Assembly: GCA_043228905.1 (NCBI GenBank)
Contig: JBHGNT010000001.1
Coordinates: 17,236,001-17,300,000, forward strand
From: Azolla caroliniana
Lineage: Eukaryota > Plantae > Polypodiophyta
Direction: 5' to 3'
DNA length: 64,000 bases
The translations under genes and the position numbers were made by a program. Of this stretch, positions 61,401 to 64,000 are shown one piece after another (within the stretch, counting starts at the first letter, position 1; each line of letters starts with the position of its first letter). The notes under the pieces are model-generated. The model did no database searches. It was not told where the DNA came from and saw nothing but the letters and a program-made list of their open reading frames with translations.

Positions 61401-64000
61401 GATCTTGTCTAGTTCCGGTGTCTCCTTGTTGTTGTTGTTTTTGTTCTTCAGTCGGTTCGGTTTCTTGTCTGTATCCGCAGGGTCATCGAGTGTCATCCGA
61501 TTATCGGCTAACATCCTGTTTTCAACCGGGTATATCCTTGTGTCCTCAAACCGGTTTTCATTGGATGATCCAGAGTTCATCACCTTCGTCTCTGACTCCC
61601 AGTCGGCAATGGTCCCGTCTTCCATGAAGACTATGTCTCGACTCCGGAACACCTTCTTGTCGACCAGATCCCACACCCGGTAACCGAACTCATCATCACT
61701 ATATCCAAGGAATATGCATGGCCTGGACTTCGGATCTAGATTTTCTCTCTTGTCCTTTGCAACATGCACATATGTGAGACACCCGAACACCTTCAGGTTT
61801 TGGTAAGACACATTGTTAGTGGTCCATACTCTTTGCGGTGTGTCTTCGTCTAAGGGTACTGAGGGTGATCCCTTTATCACATAGATTGCCGTCGTGAGCG
61901 CCTTAGCCCAAAACATCTTGGGTAACTTTGCATCCGTTCGGCCATCCCGTTCAATTCCGGCGTCTTCGGCACGGTGAATTCGAGCCGGATTCCCTTCAAC
62001 CGGTAATACTCCTCGAATTGCCCTTGGTATTCTCCTCTGTTGTCCGCTCGAACTGCCTTCAGCATCTGGCCAGTTTCTCTTTCTACTCTTGCGTGGAGTT
62101 CCTTGAAGGCGGATAACACCTGATCCTTCATCTTCAACGGTGAGCGCCACAACTTCCGGTTGTGGTCATCTACATCATGAAGTACTGTGATCCGGCATGT
62201 GACTTTGTGTCCACTTGACACACATCGGTATGCACCAGCTCTAGTGGTGCATCCCAGAAGGAGGTTCGGTTTTGCTTGCTGGCCAACCAATCGGTGCACT
62301 TCTCAAGTTGCACGTCCTTCACTGGAATGAGATTGACTTTGGCAAGTCCCTTCATCCCCTTTTGACTCGTGTGACACAACCTCTTGTGCAACAGCTCACC
62401 CGCAGTGTCAAATGCTACGTTCATTTCTTCCAGGCATATCTGGGCATGCATCAGATATAGCGTGTTGACCTTCCGGGCTCAAGCCACTATTACGCTCCCT
62501 TTGCTAAACTTCATAACTCCATTCCGGATGCTACCCGTGTAGCCTGCATCATCTAGCCGACCGACTGTTATCAGGTTCAATCAAACCTCCGGAATGTGTC
62601 GGACATCCTTCAGTAGCAACTTGCATCTGGTTGATTTCATCAGCAACATATCTCCTATGCTGACAATTTGGCATGTATCTTCATTCCCCATGCGGACACA
62701 ACCACGATCACCAACTATGTAGGATGAGAAGCATTTCCGATCCGGTGTCAAGTGGAATGATGCTCCGGAATCGACAACCCACGTTGTCTCATCACGAACA
62801 AGGTTTAACTCATTCTCCTCGGTAATGAGCATTAGTTCCTCTTCACATGTCGCGATCACTGATGTTGCTTTCCGATCCATGCCTCTCCACTCCGAACTGT
62901 TTCTATCGAACTCTTCTTCGAATCGGTAGTGCCAAATTCTTTCTCTTTCTGGAAATGCCGACAATTCTTTTGGAAATGTCCTAGCTTCCCGTAGTAAAAG
63001 CATGTGGGCCTTCCCTTGAATTCGACCTCGTCCCCGATTTGTCCTAGTTTTGGGGGCTCCGATACCCGCCTCTTCCCTGGTTGTGGTCATCTTCCGTGAC
63101 CAAGGCCTTCGGATCGGTTCTAGACTCCCGGTCCTTCCGGCAAGCTTCTTCATCTAGCAAGCTTGATTTTACCCTTGCTAGGGACAACCGTTTTCCTTCC
63201 AGCCCGGCGTTGCCCAACGTAACAACTAGCATCTCCCAACTATCCGAGAGGGAACCAAGTAGGAGTAATGCAAGTACCTCATCGGCAAGAGTTACTTCCA
63301 ATGAGGTGGCTTGATGTATCAGCCCCTGGAAGGCATTCATGTGCTCCACCATACTGGAGCCGTCCTAGTACCGGAGCCTCACTAGCTTTTGGAATACCGA
63401 AACCCGATTAACGACATTCTTGTTCTGGAACATGATGCCGATCTTCTCCCAGAGTTCATGAGCCTTGCTCTCTTCATTGAAGTTGTTGTACAGGATCATG
63501 TCGATGAAGCACTAGATGTATGTCGCTGTCTTCATGTGCATCACCTCCCACACTGTGGTGTCGATCTTATCCAGTCTCTTGTCCCCGAACTATACCAGCA
63601 ACCAAAGATCTTTAACCACCAGCATATCCCTCATCTTTGACTTCCACACTGAGTAGTTGGAGCCGTTGAGCTTGAACATGCCGCCGAATGATTCTTCCAT
63701 TTCCTATGTTGTTCACTCTGATACCAGTTTGTGATGAATAGCGCGGAATTTTCTTGGCCACAACCGAGTCTTGAATCACTTGGATGGAAATCAAACACAG
63801 AAATGGGAAGTAGGGAGTGAGCAATGGAGGATACACAAGATGTTTACCTGGAAAACCCTATTAGGGAAAAAACCACGAGAGCCCACAGACTCCAAACTAT
63901 AACTATATAGGAAAAGGTACAAACAGATACTCAGAGGAAACAACCTCGAGCTCTATATCTTCGCCAGCCGGCGGTTACAATAGAGTATCACTCTGTATCT

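Larger units (their letters stand above)
49727..64000 (-). mobile_element. Element K: A-family Copia, near full length, split by J
   Basis: 5' LTR 63730 to beyond 64000, PBS 63716-63726, gag ATG 63700, pol to 60759 then 50923-49863, PPT 49855-49869, truncated 3' LTR 49727-49852. Confidence 0.88.

Overview
Eukaryotic land-plant DNA, most likely a non-seed plant such as a bryophyte. That placement is inferred from plant tRNA primer-binding sites (PBS) and from the retroelement lineages present. Bases 1-2200 hold the first four exons of a spliced importin-beta/transportin-like gene on the minus strand. A decayed Mutator-like DNA transposon follows (2521-4730). The remaining ~59 kb is a nested pile of about 14 LTR retrotransposons or fragments: Tnt1/Tork-like and other Copia, a Tcn1-like chromovirus, Athila-like Gypsy with a large extra ORF, and DUF4100/Phygy-like Gypsy. 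Much of the nesting order can be read from LTR ends and target-site duplications (TSDs). Highlights: (1) two diverged Athila-like elements have no polypurine tract (PPT) next to the 3' LTR and instead carry a copy of a tRNA-Arg 3' end (an inverted PBS) at the plus-strand primer position; (2) a young non-autonomous element carries a tRNA-like Pol III A/B-box cassette in its LTRs; (3) the Phygy-like family makes 4-bp TSDs centred on CpG, uses a tRNA-Trp PBS, and has a candidate -1 frameshift signal after the protease; (4) the MULE's inverted repeats include the transposase 3' end; (5) a solo LTR carries perfect heat-shock elements. All coordinates and comparisons were made by eye, with no database searches. 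Letters A-N are my own labels.
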